Shown here in pieces: positions 38,369 through 48,586 of a stretch of DNA of 64,000 bases. Source of the DNA: a virus. The notes under the pieces were generated by a model that saw nothing but the letters and a program-made list of their open reading frames with translations, had not been told where the DNA came from and did no database searches. Where the stretch lies: positions 1-64,000 of the IMG/VR virus record IMGVR_UViG_3300037516_001127; one strand, given 5' to 3'. How positions within the stretch are numbered: position 1 is the stretch's first letter; the number at the start of each line of letters is the position of its first letter. Position numbers and translations under genes: made by a program.

Positions 38369-39531
38369 TTTTGATCATCCTGTATATCTAGAGCGTCTAA
38401 TTCGGCGTCTTGTTGAGCGGCTTGCATCCTTAACGTATGGGCACGAGTTTTCGGCCCAACAGGATTAACCGACTGTCCTGAAAAATGATTTAACAAAAGG
38501 TTCCGTACCAACCATTCAAGCGGATACGAAACAGGGTCACGAGCATACTTCTTACGAAACTCAGCAGAATAAGACATAGCCCGACCCCTAATCCCAGGGG
38601 TTAGCATATTGTCATCTATGCAAGCTCTGACACCATCCCACCCGCCAGCAGCATAATCGGCAATCTGAGTTTCGATATCATAATCTTTCCACCACCGCCA
38701 CTGAGCATCAATCTGCGGGAAACAGTGAACCAGACGATCATAAAACTCTGGTTCGGTTACAACCACATCGTTAAGTCTACGGATTGCAACAGAATGCAAT
38801 GGGATACCAACACGAGTGTTAGCTCCGGTAACAGCAGCAACGTCATAGTACTCACAGTAACTAGCACCATGTTCTTCGACAACAAACTTCAAAACGTCAT
38901 CGGTTGTCCAATCGTAAATGACTTTAGCGAACCGCAAAGGTATCGATTTTTTCATCTTGAATGGGATAACAATATAGTTTTCGTGGAGTTTCTGAACACA
39001 GGACCGGTAACGGATCATTGACTCGTTTGCTCGCACACCTGTGACAAAAGCAACCCGGCCTTTTTTGCCTTGCATTGTGTAGTAGTCGATTGATTCGGTT
39101 AAAGCCTGGTTGGGGTCTAGCCCGAAATCTTCTGCTGTGATAGCCCCCTTAGGCATGTCGCGGACCAGTCTGCCTTCGGCTTTGCGGGCACCTGACCATA
39201 ACAGGATGTATTCGCGGCGTCCCAGAGTCCATAGTTCGCTACCGTAGGGCAGGCAGTACCATTCCATGTTTACCCAGTCGTATGAAGCGACTTCTTCGAT
39301 GAAACTGATTGTCATCGGGGAAACCATTTCTTCATCCCGAAAAATACAATTTACTGGCCCAAGGTTTCGTTCTTCATGTATCTCTTTAGCGAGGTACAAA
39401 ACGGCGGTTGAGTCTTTACCGCCAGAGAACTGGATGCAAACAGTGTCGAACGTGTCGTACACATGCCGTAGCCGTTCTCTTGCAGCGTCAACACAAGTTA
39501 TGTCATCTAAAAACATTCTTTGTCTAGTCAT
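38365..39531 (-). CDS. PAPS-reductase-like PP-loop protein (IbrA-like)
   Basis: FSGGKDST PP-loop, FRDEE, GVRANESMIR, IYDWTTDDV. Confidence 0.85.
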   Translation of the reverse strand: MTRQRMFLDDITCVDAARERLRHVYDTFDTVCIQFSGGKDSTAVLYLAKEIHEERNLGPVNCIFRDEEMVSPMTISFIEEVASYDWVNMEWYCLPYGSELWTLGRREYILLWSGARKAEGRLVRDMPKGAITAEDFGLDPNQALTESIDYYTMQGKKGRVAFVTGVRANESMIRYRSCVQKLHENYIVIPFKMKKSIPLRFAKVIYDWTTDDVLKFVVEEHGASYCEYYDVAAVTGANTRVGIPLHSVAIRRLNDVVVTEPEFYDRLVHCFPQIDAQWRWWKDYDIETQIADYAAGGWDGVRACIDDNMLTPGIRGRAMSYSAEFRKKYARDPVSYPLEWLVRNLLLNHFSGQSVNPVGPKTRAHTLRMQAAQQDAELDALDIQDDQK

Positions 39532-39560
39532 ATTAAACTTTCGGTAAGAGTATTTTGATC

Positions 39561-39917
39561 TTAAGAAACTGTGGCATCTTCACGCCGTTTTAGTTGCCGT
39601 GCAACCTTTTTACAATTGCTATCACAGTACAGGTGGCTTGTATTTTCTTGCTTGAAAGGAATTCCACAAGATTTGCAAGGCTTGTACCCTTGGGGTGCTT
39701 CTGAGTTCATGCGTTCTTTGGGTCCTAAACCACCAAAGATTCCAAACCGTTCGTACCTGTTTTGTTCTAAACATTCGAGTTGGACTGTGCAGGTAGCGCA
39801 AATCTTTTTCGCTTCAATAACTTTTTGACGTTTTACTGGTTCGGGATCTTCTAGGTCGAAAAAGAATACGCTAGTATTTATCTCGGCACATTTTGCTGAG
39901 GATTGCCAGTTTGACAT
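39561..39917 (-). CDS. whiB: WhiB-family transcription factor with a C-terminal CxxC...CxxxC module
   Basis: W...A.C...FF...AKKICATCTVQLECL...GIFGG....ER. Confidence 0.9.
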   Translation of the reverse strand: MSNWQSSAKCAEINTSVFFFDLEDPEPVKRQKVIEAKKICATCTVQLECLEQNRYERFGIFGGLGPKERMNSEAPQGYKPCKSCGIPFKQENTSHLYCDSNCKKVARQLKRREDATVS

Positions 39918-39947
39918 AGGTACTCCTAAATACGATAAGTAGCTTAT

Positions 39948-39976
39948 AGCGTACCGTTGTTAGCGGACATTTGCAA
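39948..39976 (-). promoter_or_regulatory. SigA-type promoter for whiB
   Basis: TTGCAA-17nt-TACGCT on the minus strand, followed by an AGGAG RBS. Confidence 0.55.
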
Positions 39977-39986
39977 ATTTGTGCGG

Positions 39987-42221
39987 TCAGAGCGGTTTCA
40001 TGTACTTGATTTCAGCTCCTTCGTTTCTGAATGTTTGTTCTGCGCCAGACCAAAAAAGTAGATCTCCGGCTTCTATCCAGTGGTTATCAAACTGCTCATC
40101 TCTTGCTGCTGCTACGAGGCGGGCTAGTTCTTTGGCTTCTGTTGCAGAACGAAAAACCTCATAAGGCACATCTTCGCTTATAAGCCCAGAAGAGCGATCT
40201 CCCTCAATTGCATTTCTCGTTACCACTCTAGTTGCCATTATCGGCCCTGGTTTATTAGCCATAATCTCATCACGATGGTTTTCCAAAGCCGCCTCAAGGA
40301 TATCCAAAAATTCTTCCTTTTGATCCTCGTCAAGCCAATCAAACCCGTTCCGAGGCCAATGCGTAGCACCCTTCATAGTCGGACCACTATTACCAGTAAC
40401 TTCAATCATCTCCATGCCCATCCGCCGATAATATTCTTCGTTTCTAGCGTTAAAAGCCGAACCAATACCTAAACCTTGAGAATCATCATTTATAAATAAT
40501 CTTTCATGCTGAACTACACCATCTGATCGAAAAAGCCGAGTACTAGACCCAACTGGCATACCATCGCTAGATCGCAGCATCATTACAACAGAAACCCCAG
40601 ACTCATCAAGATACGTTCGGCTCACATCACCCAAATAGGTTTTACCATCAGCCGCTACAAATTCCTGAATCATCAACTCATCAAAAAATTCGGTCCAATT
40701 ACGAATATTACCGGATTCCTCACCAAACCGAATTTTCTCCTCATCCCAATTCGCATGGGCCAAAGCGTAATCCTCATACCCATCATCGCTACTTTCAAAA
40801 TCGCTTAGTCGAGGTTCAGGATTTTCGGAAAGCCAATCATTAAGATCGCTAGCCGGATCTTGATAAGGCTCAAACTCGGAAGGGGAAACATCTGCTAAAA
40901 GGCTTTCTATGTCAGTGCTCATTTCTGGAGGTGCAGCTTCTATAATTGCAGCTTTTTGTTCAGCGTTTTTGCGTCGCTCAAGAAAAGCCGCCTCGGCAGC
41001 AGCATCAAAAGCTTCTTCATCCAAATCACCAGAAATCAAAGTTTTTTCGATTAACTCATTTTTCTTAGATTCAAAAACCGCTGTGCGTTTCTTCTCATGA
41101 TCCCGAACTGCTCTTTCAAGAGCCTTTGCAGCGTTTTGTTCTCTTTGAGTATTTTGAGCAATGGATAACTGCCTATCCGAATCAGCCGCTAACGCATAAT
41201 CTTCTTTGGCTTTAGCAGCAGCTGCTTCCCAGGCTTGAATTGCTTCTTCATAAGCTTTTTCTATTTCAAAATCTGTTAAAGAAATAGGAACACCTATAGC
41301 GTCATCAAACTGATCGTTACCTGTCGGAGCTTCAAAAGTCGTGCGTTCAGGAAAAGGATGAGCATCCAGCCACCAGCTAAGATAACCAGATTGACGCCTA
41401 GCTATTTCTTCATCAGTTAAAACAGGAAGTTTTTCAATTAAAAACTGTGGATCAGTTTCTTTCGGCAAAGGATTATCTTTATCCCATTCCTCCATATGCG
41501 AAATCAAATCTGAAGAAGCAGGAACCTTCGGAGCATCAGGTTTATCTTTAACAACTTCAGGGCCTACACTTGTAGGCTCTGGTTTATTTGCCCGCTCCGC
41601 CAATCTAGAAGCACGCAACGCCGCCTCTTCTCGCGCCCTAGATGCCTGCAAACCTGCATAAAAAGTTCGGGCTTTGGATTCCCACTCTTCCATCGCAGTA
41701 AACCGGGTAACCGCATGTTCACGAATCGCCTGCCTATCCGCAGCAGTCAATCGCCCGCTTGGCATGCTAGAAGTTGGGACAGGGTTTTCTTCATCCCATT
41801 TACGTTGAAAAGCGTAACGGGCAGCATCAATATCTTCGTTAGACATAACGAGCGGGAATTCATTCTTTGGCTCATCAGGTTTTGCTGTTTCAGCTTTTGG
41901 GGCAGGAGCGCTAACACGATTAGCTACGCGTTCATCTACCGATGTTGTACTGATTGGCTTTGGCTCTGCGTCACTATCAGGCTTATCAACAGGTTTTGGC
42001 TTCTTAGGCTTAGGAACTTTAACCGGATTCTTAGGCCGTTCCTGATTCGTGCCTTCCTGAAGCAACCCATCGTTATCAGCATCATCGGCATCAGGGTCGA
42101 ACCGGGCAACACGAATGTTCTTAGGACGCTTAATCTTCCCAATACCTCTTTTGCCAGCATCAGATAGCCTGCCGCCAAAATCTGCTTTAAACTCAAAAGA
42201 TTCGCCATCCAACTGTTTCAT
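39987..42221 (-). CDS. Tagged modular protein with a C-terminal GNAT acetyltransferase
   Basis: Tag FDPDADDADNDGLLQEGTNQERP; GNAT motifs HERLFINDDSQGLGIGS...GATHWPRNGFDW. Confidence 0.75.
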   Translation of the reverse strand: MKQLDGESFEFKADFGGRLSDAGKRGIGKIKRPKNIRVARFDPDADDADNDGLLQEGTNQERPKNPVKVPKPKKPKPVDKPDSDAEPKPISTTSVDERVANRVSAPAPKAETAKPDEPKNEFPLVMSNEDIDAARYAFQRKWDEENPVPTSSMPSGRLTAADRQAIREHAVTRFTAMEEWESKARTFYAGLQASRAREEAALRASRLAERANKPEPTSVGPEVVKDKPDAPKVPASSDLISHMEEWDKDNPLPKETDPQFLIEKLPVLTDEEIARRQSGYLSWWLDAHPFPERTTFEAPTGNDQFDDAIGVPISLTDFEIEKAYEEAIQAWEAAAAKAKEDYALAADSDRQLSIAQNTQREQNAAKALERAVRDHEKKRTAVFESKKNELIEKTLISGDLDEEAFDAAAEAAFLERRKNAEQKAAIIEAAPPEMSTDIESLLADVSPSEFEPYQDPASDLNDWLSENPEPRLSDFESSDDGYEDYALAHANWDEEKIRFGEESGNIRNWTEFFDELMIQEFVAADGKTYLGDVSRTYLDESGVSVVMMLRSSDGMPVGSSTRLFRSDGVVQHERLFINDDSQGLGIGSAFNARNEEYYRRMGMEMIEVTGNSGPTMKGATHWPRNGFDWLDEDQKEEFLDILEAALENHRDEIMANKPGPIMATRVVTRNAIEGDRSSGLISEDVPYEVFRSATEAKELARLVAAARDEQFDNHWIEAGDLLFWSGAEQTFRNEGAEIKYMKPL

Positions 42222-42227
42222 TTTGAT

Positions 42228-42527
42228 TTACCGACGGGCCCTTTGCTGCTTGTAATCAGCCAGAATGTCGCGCTCTTTAGGCTTCTGCTTCTTCACATAA
42301 AAATAGGCGTCACGCGGTTCACGACCAAAAAAGTTTAGGAAATCTGTTCGCCAGTCACGATCCCCCTCCAAATACATCAACATCAAATCATCCTGAGAAA
42401 CAAAAGAATCTTCCAACGCCCCAGTTAAAGCACGAAAATCGTTTCGCTCATGCGGACCCATGCTCGCCTTCTTCAAAAGGTCACGAACACGCCTAGCAAC
42501 AGCATCATCAATATCTTTAGGTTTCAA
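42228..42527 (-). CDS. Small hypothetical protein upstream of the GNAT protein
   Basis: RBS AGGAGG before a TTG start; 6 nt from the next gene. Confidence 0.65.
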   Translation of the reverse strand: MKPKDIDDAVARRVRDLLKKASMGPHERNDFRALTGALEDSFVSQDDLMLMYLEGDRDWRTDFLNFFGREPRDAYFYVKKQKPKERDILADYKQQRARR

Positions 42528-42592
42528 AACAGCCTCCTATGCGACTATAGTCTAGCTTGGTATCATCATTAATTTTGTAAAACAGGGAACTC

Positions 42593-43354
42593 ATGCCAAC
42601 TTTTCAAGAAATGACAGAACCACCACCGGAACCAGGACCAGCAGACTGGAACGACGAAGGTGTTGTTATCAAGAAAAATTTGCTACCTGAAGAAGTACTT
42701 ACTAACTACGAACAGTTTTGGCTTACCCAACACTCAGAAAACCCAAAAGGCTGGCCAGACTGCTTACCCTATATGAGACACCAAGAAGTTGCAGACCTTT
42801 ACTGCAGATCAGAAATTCAAGAAGTTATCACAGAGCTACTAGGACAACCAGCAGGACTCCACCTATGCCTCACAGGATGGGTCACCACCACTAGAAACTG
42901 GCACCAAGACTCATACCTAAACCCACATTTTGTTGGAGACAACTATGTGGCCGTATGGATCGCCCTAGCTGACATACATCCAGACTCCGGGCCGTTCCAA
43001 TATGTTGCCGGGTCACACAGATGGCCACAAGTTACCTTTTCAAAGATTTCGGAACATGTCGATACGACAGACCCATTATGGCCAAGCCATTCAGAACAAA
43101 TACTTACCCCGATTTTTGAAGAAGAAATAGAAGCCAGGAATGCGGAAATCACAACCTACCTTCCGAAACGTGGTGATGTCTTATTCTGGCATGGCCGTCT
43201 CATGCACCGTGGATCTCTTGCTAATACACTAGACATGGAACGACGGGCAGCAATAGGCCACTACTCGGGTATAAGCTCCAGACCAGACATGCCTAAGCCA
43301 GAAAAATCTGGTGGTGGATGGATCTTCCCTATTGGCGAAAAGCTTTACAGATAG
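42593..43354 (+). CDS. Phytanoyl-CoA dioxygenase-family 2OG-Fe(II) oxygenase
   Basis: WHQDS (HxD), VWIALAD, GSHRW, GDVLFWHGRLMHRG, distal R. Confidence 0.9.
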   Translation: MPTFQEMTEPPPEPGPADWNDEGVVIKKNLLPEEVLTNYEQFWLTQHSENPKGWPDCLPYMRHQEVADLYCRSEIQEVITELLGQPAGLHLCLTGWVTTTRNWHQDSYLNPHFVGDNYVAVWIALADIHPDSGPFQYVAGSHRWPQVTFSKISEHVDTTDPLWPSHSEQILTPIFEEEIEARNAEITTYLPKRGDVLFWHGRLMHRGSLANTLDMERRAAIGHYSGISSRPDMPKPEKSGGGWIFPIGEKLYR

Positions 43355-43366
43355 AAGGACTAAACA

Positions 43367-43939
43367 ATGGAATTGTTAAATGTTGGCTGCGGCACACATT
43401 ATGCTAAAGGGTGGGTAAATACTGACACCTGGGAAACTGATACGATTAAGCCTGATGTGCGAGTTGCCCCAGGTGAGCCGTACCCGTTTGAAGATAATAC
43501 GTTTGACGCTGTTTACCTTGGTCATGTCCTTGAACATATTGCTTGGCCCCAAGTTGCCGCATTTTTGAAAGACATATCGCGTGTAGCTAAAACTGACGCA
43601 AAAATTTTGATAACAGGCCCTGATGTCTACAAAACCATAAAACGTTGGTCAGATGGACAAGAACCGTGGTGGCTAGTTGAATCCGTTATGGAACAACAAG
43701 GGGTTAATTCAACCCCAGGAACAGTCGAATGGTGGGACGGAGCTTCACACCACTGGAACTGCCACAATGATCGGGTCCTAAAGCTGTTAGAAACCCTGGG
43801 TTTCACAAACATCAAAGACCGCTTTAACGATATCCCCAAAAACACTTCTGGTAAAACCTGGAAAAACGATGGGATTACTTGGCCTGTTGTAGGCTTCTGG
43901 CACTGGCAACTTGCTATAAGCTGCAACAACCCAAAGTAA
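43367..43939 (+). CDS. Class I SAM-dependent methyltransferase
   Basis: LLNVGCG, PFEDNTFDAVYLGHVLEH. Confidence 0.85.
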   Translation: MELLNVGCGTHYAKGWVNTDTWETDTIKPDVRVAPGEPYPFEDNTFDAVYLGHVLEHIAWPQVAAFLKDISRVAKTDAKILITGPDVYKTIKRWSDGQEPWWLVESVMEQQGVNSTPGTVEWWDGASHHWNCHNDRVLKLLETLGFTNIKDRFNDIPKNTSGKTWKNDGITWPVVGFWHWQLAISCNNPK

Positions 43940-43943
43940 AACC

Positions 43944-44210
43944 TCAGGTCTTAACGTAATTCGAAACAGCCTCAGACAAAGCGTCATGCGTTTCGCTGCT
44001 CGGATTATTCAAATACCGCACAGCTGCTTGTGCCGTATAATGCGATGCCACAGTATGCGGCAAACCCGCTATAAGTATCCCTAGCTGAGACCAAGCATTA
44101 GCAAGTTTTGGATCACGATTTTTTAAAGCCGTAAAACTTTCGCCAGCACAATAAACCGGATCAGGCAAATTGATTCCGTTTGAAGAATCTTCGCTTTCAA
44201 GATCAATCAT
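43944..44210 (-). CDS. Hypothetical protein
   Basis: 88 aa; overlaps the upstream stop. Confidence 0.55.
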   Translation of the reverse strand: MIDLESEDSSNGINLPDPVYCAGESFTALKNRDPKLANAWSQLGILIAGLPHTVASHYTAQAAVRYLNNPSSETHDALSEAVSNYVKT

Positions 44211-44466
44211 TATCTACCCTTTTCATGTAGTCAATATAGGCCTCAATTGACGGCCAAACAGTTTCCAACACAACACGAACCGTGCAAGTCCCACAATGAT
44301 AGATATCTTCATAGCGAGCGTCACGGTCATCAGACCAATCATCGTCATCAAAGTCCTGCAATTCGAGGATCTGACCTGCTTTAATAACTGATTCATCAAT
44401 CAGCTTCAGATAATACAACTCATCAAATTCTTCTTCAACACGCTTCTTACGCTTAAATATGCTCAT
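44203..44466 (-). CDS. Hypothetical acidic protein with HCxxC
   Basis: RBS GGAGG; strong promoter upstream. Confidence 0.65.
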   Translation of the reverse strand: MSIFKRKKRVEEEFDELYYLKLIDESVIKAGQILELQDFDDDDWSDDRDARYEDIYHCGTCTVRVVLETVWPSIEAYIDYMKRVDND

Positions 44467-44490
44467 TTGTCCTCCGTAGATAGTTGGCAG

Positions 44491-44519
44491 ACCATACCAC
44501 CCCCTGATATACCTGTCAA
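44491..44519 (-). promoter_or_regulatory. Near-consensus SigA promoter
   Basis: TTGACA-17nt-TATGGT with extended TG on the minus strand. Confidence 0.75.
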
Positions 44520-44590
44520 CAATCTAAAATGCCAAAAGATTCACATGATAGCGACACTGCCGCTTCGCCAATCACGACTATGGTCATAGC

Positions 44591-44896
44591 ATGTATTACT
44601 CAGCAGACAACGAACTTATGCTGGGAAACGTCCAAGTCGCCAGAGCGGATCGGCTACCATGTCCAATCTGCGGTCACCCAACAGGGGACTGCACAGGGAC
44701 AGGTCATGCCCCCATTCACGTCCTGGGCCCAGACGCATACATATCAATGGACTACGAAGAAACCTTTATAGTTAAAGAAGATGTCTACGAAAATCGTTGG
44801 ATTTCCCCCTACACAGAATGTAGGGTAAAAGTAGCTGTAGCCGGAACAGCGATACCGCTTTCCAAAGCTAAAGCCCTCGGTCTTACTAGCATTTAA
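44591..44896 (+). CDS. Hypothetical protein with a CPICGHPTGDC zinc-finger-like motif; probably leaderless
   Basis: TATGGT-6nt-ATG with no SD; precedes the RNR. Confidence 0.6.
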   Translation: MYYSADNELMLGNVQVARADRLPCPICGHPTGDCTGTGHAPIHVLGPDAYISMDYEETFIVKEDVYENRWISPYTECRVKVAVAGTAIPLSKAKALGLTSI

Positions 44897-44930
44897 ATTC
44901 AACTATCCAACATCAATACAGGAGTTAACC

Positions 44931-46847
44931 ATGATTACACCCGAGTTCCTTGAATCTTACGACGCCCAAATCCCGCCCTGGGGTTTCGGTGGCATGGGCG
45001 AGGCAACAATGCTTAGAACATATTCACGTCCAATCGCAGGACTGGACCGGAACGAAACTTGGCTTGAAGTTTGCACCCGTGCAGTCAATGGGGCAATCGA
45101 CATCGGAGCCGAACTCAGTACAGAAGACGCCGAAAAGCTTTTTGACCACATGTATAACCTTCGCGCATGCGTCTCAGGCAGAGCACTCTGGCAACTGGGC
45201 ACACCACTAGTTGAAAGAATGGGCGGAGCAAGCCTCCAAAACTGCTACTTCAGCGACGTCGAAAAGATCGAAGATTTCGAATTCATTTTTGACATGCTAA
45301 TGGTCGGAGGCGGAGTCGGATTTTCTGTAGAACGATCAAAGATCCACGAACTACCAAAAGTAAAAAATGGTGTATCCATCACACATGAGCGCAGCAACGA
45401 TGCCGATCTTATCGTCCCAGATAAACGAGAAGGTTGGAGCCGCCTCCTGCACGCAGTACTCAAATCATACTTTTACACAGGAAAGTCTTTTAGCTACTCA
45501 ACAATCCTAATCCGAGAATACGGTGCGGCCCTCAACTCTTTCGGCGGAACAGCTTCAGGGCCAGGAGCGCTAATCGAAGGCATCGAAAAGATTTGCAAAA
45601 TCATGGATAACCGGATTAGCAAAAAGCTTCGATCCATTGACGTCCTTGACATCGTCAACATCATTGGCGAAATGGTCGTCGCAGGCTCATCCCGACGTTC
45701 AGCCCAGATTGCTATTGGCGACCCAGATGACATCCTTTTCCTCCGAGCTAAGAACTGGGAATCAGGGACCATCCCAGGATGGCGTGGAAACTCAAATAAC
45801 TCCATCTTTGCTGACGGTTGGGAAGAAATCCCGACCGAGCTTTGGAAGGGATATCAAGGTACTGGCGAACCTTATGGGCTTATTAACCGCAAGCTGGCTA
45901 GGAAAGTTGGTCGCCTTGGTGAGGTTATGCCAGATCCGAGTGTTGATGGTTTCAATCCGTGTGCCGAAATTGCGTTGGCTTCAGGAGAATCTTGCAACCT
46001 TGCAACGCTTTTCCTGCCTAACATTCGTTCGTTTGAAGAGTTCTGTGAGATTAGCCGACTCCTATATTTGGTTCAGAAGTCGACAACAGAACTTTCGTAC
46101 CCTTACGAAAAGACAACTAAAATTGTTCGTAAGAACCGGCGTCTAGGACAGTCAATCACTGGCGTTTTGCAGTGTAGCGAAGAGCAGCTTTCTTGGCTTG
46201 ACCCAGGGTACAAGGCTCTCCGTAAGCTTGACGCAGAGTACTCTGCTGAGCATGGTATCCCCGAGTCGATCAGACTGACAACTGTTCAGCCGTCTGGGAC
46301 GCTCTCAATCCTTCCCGGTGTCCTCCCAGGGGCGCATCCAGGGTTTGCCCGCCACTATGTGCGGCGTGTCCGGTTCGGGTCCAACGATCCGCTTGTGAAA
46401 GCTTTGCGTGAACGAGGCCATGATATCGAATATGACATGAACCTTGATGGGACAAGAAACCATACCCGCCAAGTAGTTTCATTCCCTTGCATGTCCCCAG
46501 AAGGATCAATACTCGCAGAGGAACTTTCCGCTATCGACCAGATGGAATGGGTGAAACGCCTTCAAACCGAATGGGCTGACAACGCTGTGTCGGTAACAAT
46601 CTATTACCGCAAGCAAGAACTCCCAGAAATCCAGGAATGGCTTTCAAACAATTACAACAACTCAGTCAAATCCATGTCTTTCCTACTTCATCAGGACCAC
46701 GGTTTCGCATTGCCTCCTTATGAAGAAATCGACGAAGAAGGCTACAACAAGATGCTCGCAAAGATCGACCCGACCGTTCCCCTTGTCAAAACCGAAGGCG
46801 AACTGATCGACGACAACTGCGACACAGGCCACTGCCCGGTCCGGTAA
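44931..46847 (+). CDS. nrdJ: Class II (adenosylcobalamin-dependent) ribonucleotide reductase
   Basis: GRALWQLG, LQNC, GGGVGFS, RRSAQI, NPCAEI, TVQPSGT, C-terminal CDTGHCPVR; no beta subunit nearby. Confidence 0.92.
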   Translation: MITPEFLESYDAQIPPWGFGGMGEATMLRTYSRPIAGLDRNETWLEVCTRAVNGAIDIGAELSTEDAEKLFDHMYNLRACVSGRALWQLGTPLVERMGGASLQNCYFSDVEKIEDFEFIFDMLMVGGGVGFSVERSKIHELPKVKNGVSITHERSNDADLIVPDKREGWSRLLHAVLKSYFYTGKSFSYSTILIREYGAALNSFGGTASGPGALIEGIEKICKIMDNRISKKLRSIDVLDIVNIIGEMVVAGSSRRSAQIAIGDPDDILFLRAKNWESGTIPGWRGNSNNSIFADGWEEIPTELWKGYQGTGEPYGLINRKLARKVGRLGEVMPDPSVDGFNPCAEIALASGESCNLATLFLPNIRSFEEFCEISRLLYLVQKSTTELSYPYEKTTKIVRKNRRLGQSITGVLQCSEEQLSWLDPGYKALRKLDAEYSAEHGIPESIRLTTVQPSGTLSILPGVLPGAHPGFARHYVRRVRFGSNDPLVKALRERGHDIEYDMNLDGTRNHTRQVVSFPCMSPEGSILAEELSAIDQMEWVKRLQTEWADNAVSVTIYYRKQELPEIQEWLSNNYNNSVKSMSFLLHQDHGFALPPYEEIDEEGYNKMLAKIDPTVPLVKTEGELIDDNCDTGHCPVR

Positions 46848-47198
46848 ATGGGCTTACAAGCATTAGCTCTAGCAGGTGCCCCAGCCCTGCTAGAGCAAGC
46901 TTCACAACTAGTAACTAAAAGAGGCCTAGCTAAAGGCATCACATACGACAACGGCTCAATAGACGCCACTGGGGCACTATGCCTAGCAGGCGGAGCTAAA
47001 ATAAAAACACTAAACGAAGACCCCATAGCAGAACTATCCACAATCAAAAGACCACTAGTACTAGTAATAGTAGAAGCGTTAGAAGCAGAACTAGACTCCG
47101 ACCTTCACACCTGGAACGACCTACCTACCACCACCACAAACATGGTAGCCGCCACGTTCAAATCTTTAGCAGACAAAATATCCATAGCCACAACATAA
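46848..47198 (+). CDS. Hypothetical protein (actinophage GAL...WND family)
   Basis: GSIDATGAL...LHTWND; abuts the RNR stop. Confidence 0.6.
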   Translation: MGLQALALAGAPALLEQASQLVTKRGLAKGITYDNGSIDATGALCLAGGAKIKTLNEDPIAELSTIKRPLVLVIVEALEAELDSDLHTWNDLPTTTTNMVAATFKSLADKISIATT

Positions 47199-47208
47199 CG
47201 GCACACGC

Positions 47209-47236
47209 GAAAGAGCCCCCTCCGAAGAAGGGGCCC
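47209..47236 (-). terminator. Intrinsic terminator after the major capsid gene
   Basis: Minus strand GGGCCCCTTC-TTCG-GAGGGGGCTC-TTT (cUUCGg tetraloop), between convergent genes. Confidence 0.8.
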
Positions 47237-47257
47237 GATCAACTGCTTCAGACTAGA

Positions 47258-48586
47258 TCAGTCAGGAGCGCCATCGAAGTCAACCTTAACGAATGACTCA
47301 GGACGCTTCGTCGCAAGTGCCAAACGCTGCTCCGCAAGGATCACGATAGCGTTACGAACGAAGAAGTCTGCATGCTGCTCCGAAATACGGATGCTTGCCT
47401 GCTCCCGATCGTAAATCTGTGCTCCAGTACCGAACGCACCCACAAGAGCAGTGCCCTCAGGGATAGCAGGAGTGTCAACGATTGGCATACGCCAGATACG
47501 GGCCTCAGCACCAACCTGCATGGACATCGCCATGAGGTAAGTACCCTGCTCGTTCTTCGTAAGCTCAATGTCTTCCCAATCGTTCGGGTGGAGAACCACA
47601 CCGGACGGCTCGTAGTAAGCAAGGAAAGCAAGAGTAGCCGAGCGGCGCAGAGCGTCACCCTTCGAGTCAGGAACTGGCAGGGTCGCACCTTCGGACCATG
47701 CATACTCCTGAACACCAGCGTTCAAGATACCGAGAAGGTTCTCGCCGGTTCCATCACCCGAAAGGATTTGGTAATCCTCCTGGAGACGAAGACCATAAAG
47801 AAGCTCGTTATCAATGATTGAACGAAGCTGAGGCTCATCAGCCAGAACGTTACGGTGAGCAGCTTCCCAGTGCGCAAGAGTGCGAACCGGAGCCTGCTGA
47901 CCAACGAACTGGAAGCTCGACTGAGGCTTAAGACCAAAGTCGCCGCCATTACGCTCAGCAACAGTAGAAGCCGCATTCACAGCAGTCGTCTCAGGAGTCG
48001 TGAATCCACGCATCTGGAAATATTCAATCACTGCAGCAGTGGTTGTGCGTGAAGGGAAAAGATCCCGAACACGACGAGTACGCATCGGCGGAATGACCAT
48101 GTCGTCACGCTGAATCGTGCCGAACGCACCAGGAGTTCCAGTGGGAAGACCCGAGTAAACGTCCTTCTGTCCCCACATCGCACCAACATCGGAACGCTCA
48201 AGGACGAACGGCGCTGGCATGTTTGCCCCACCACGACCCGAATCAAGAGACTTGAATTCTGGTGAATCCAAGAACAACTGACCGAGCGACTTGCCCTGAG
48301 GAGCCCAAAGACCAGAAGCGGAATCTGCGGCAACGCTAGCTGCGACAGACTCAGACTGTGCTTCAGAACCCCAAGCGTCTAGCGTCTTCAAAGATTCCAT
48401 GCCCTCAATGAGAGACTTGATTTCCTTGATGTCAACCATGTTCTTATCAAAAGCTGACTTCTGCTCAGTTGTGACGATGACAGTTCCATCTTCGATGCGG
48501 AAATCATCAGCAATCTGACGATTCTCAGCAGTCTTGGATCGAAGTGCACCCTGTAGTTCCCGCAAGCGGCTTTCATCAAATGACAT
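47258..48586 (-). CDS. Major capsid protein, HK97 fold with an N-terminal delta domain
   Basis: RVRDLF, AERNG..KPQS, TLAHW, LRSIID.EL.YGL, LHPNDW..IEL.K...G.YL, F.RN.I.ILAEQRLA...RPESFV; RBS GAGGAG. Confidence 0.95.
   Translation of the reverse strand: MSFDESRLRELQGALRSKTAENRQIADDFRIEDGTVIVTTEQKSAFDKNMVDIKEIKSLIEGMESLKTLDAWGSEAQSESVAASVAADSASGLWAPQGKSLGQLFLDSPEFKSLDSGRGGANMPAPFVLERSDVGAMWGQKDVYSGLPTGTPGAFGTIQRDDMVIPPMRTRRVRDLFPSRTTTAAVIEYFQMRGFTTPETTAVNAASTVAERNGGDFGLKPQSSFQFVGQQAPVRTLAHWEAAHRNVLADEPQLRSIIDNELLYGLRLQEDYQILSGDGTGENLLGILNAGVQEYAWSEGATLPVPDSKGDALRRSATLAFLAYYEPSGVVLHPNDWEDIELTKNEQGTYLMAMSMQVGAEARIWRMPIVDTPAIPEGTALVGAFGTGAQIYDREQASIRISEQHADFFVRNAIVILAEQRLALATKRPESFVKVDFDGAPD

Noticed and set aside
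42593-43354. Dioxygenase as prolyl hydroxylase for the collagen fibre
   Set aside because: The motifs are PhyH-type rather than P4H-type, and the gene is unlinked to the fibre.
44931-46847. Intein or intron in the RNR
   Set aside because: The ORF is continuous, of normal length (638 aa), and shows no splicing motifs.
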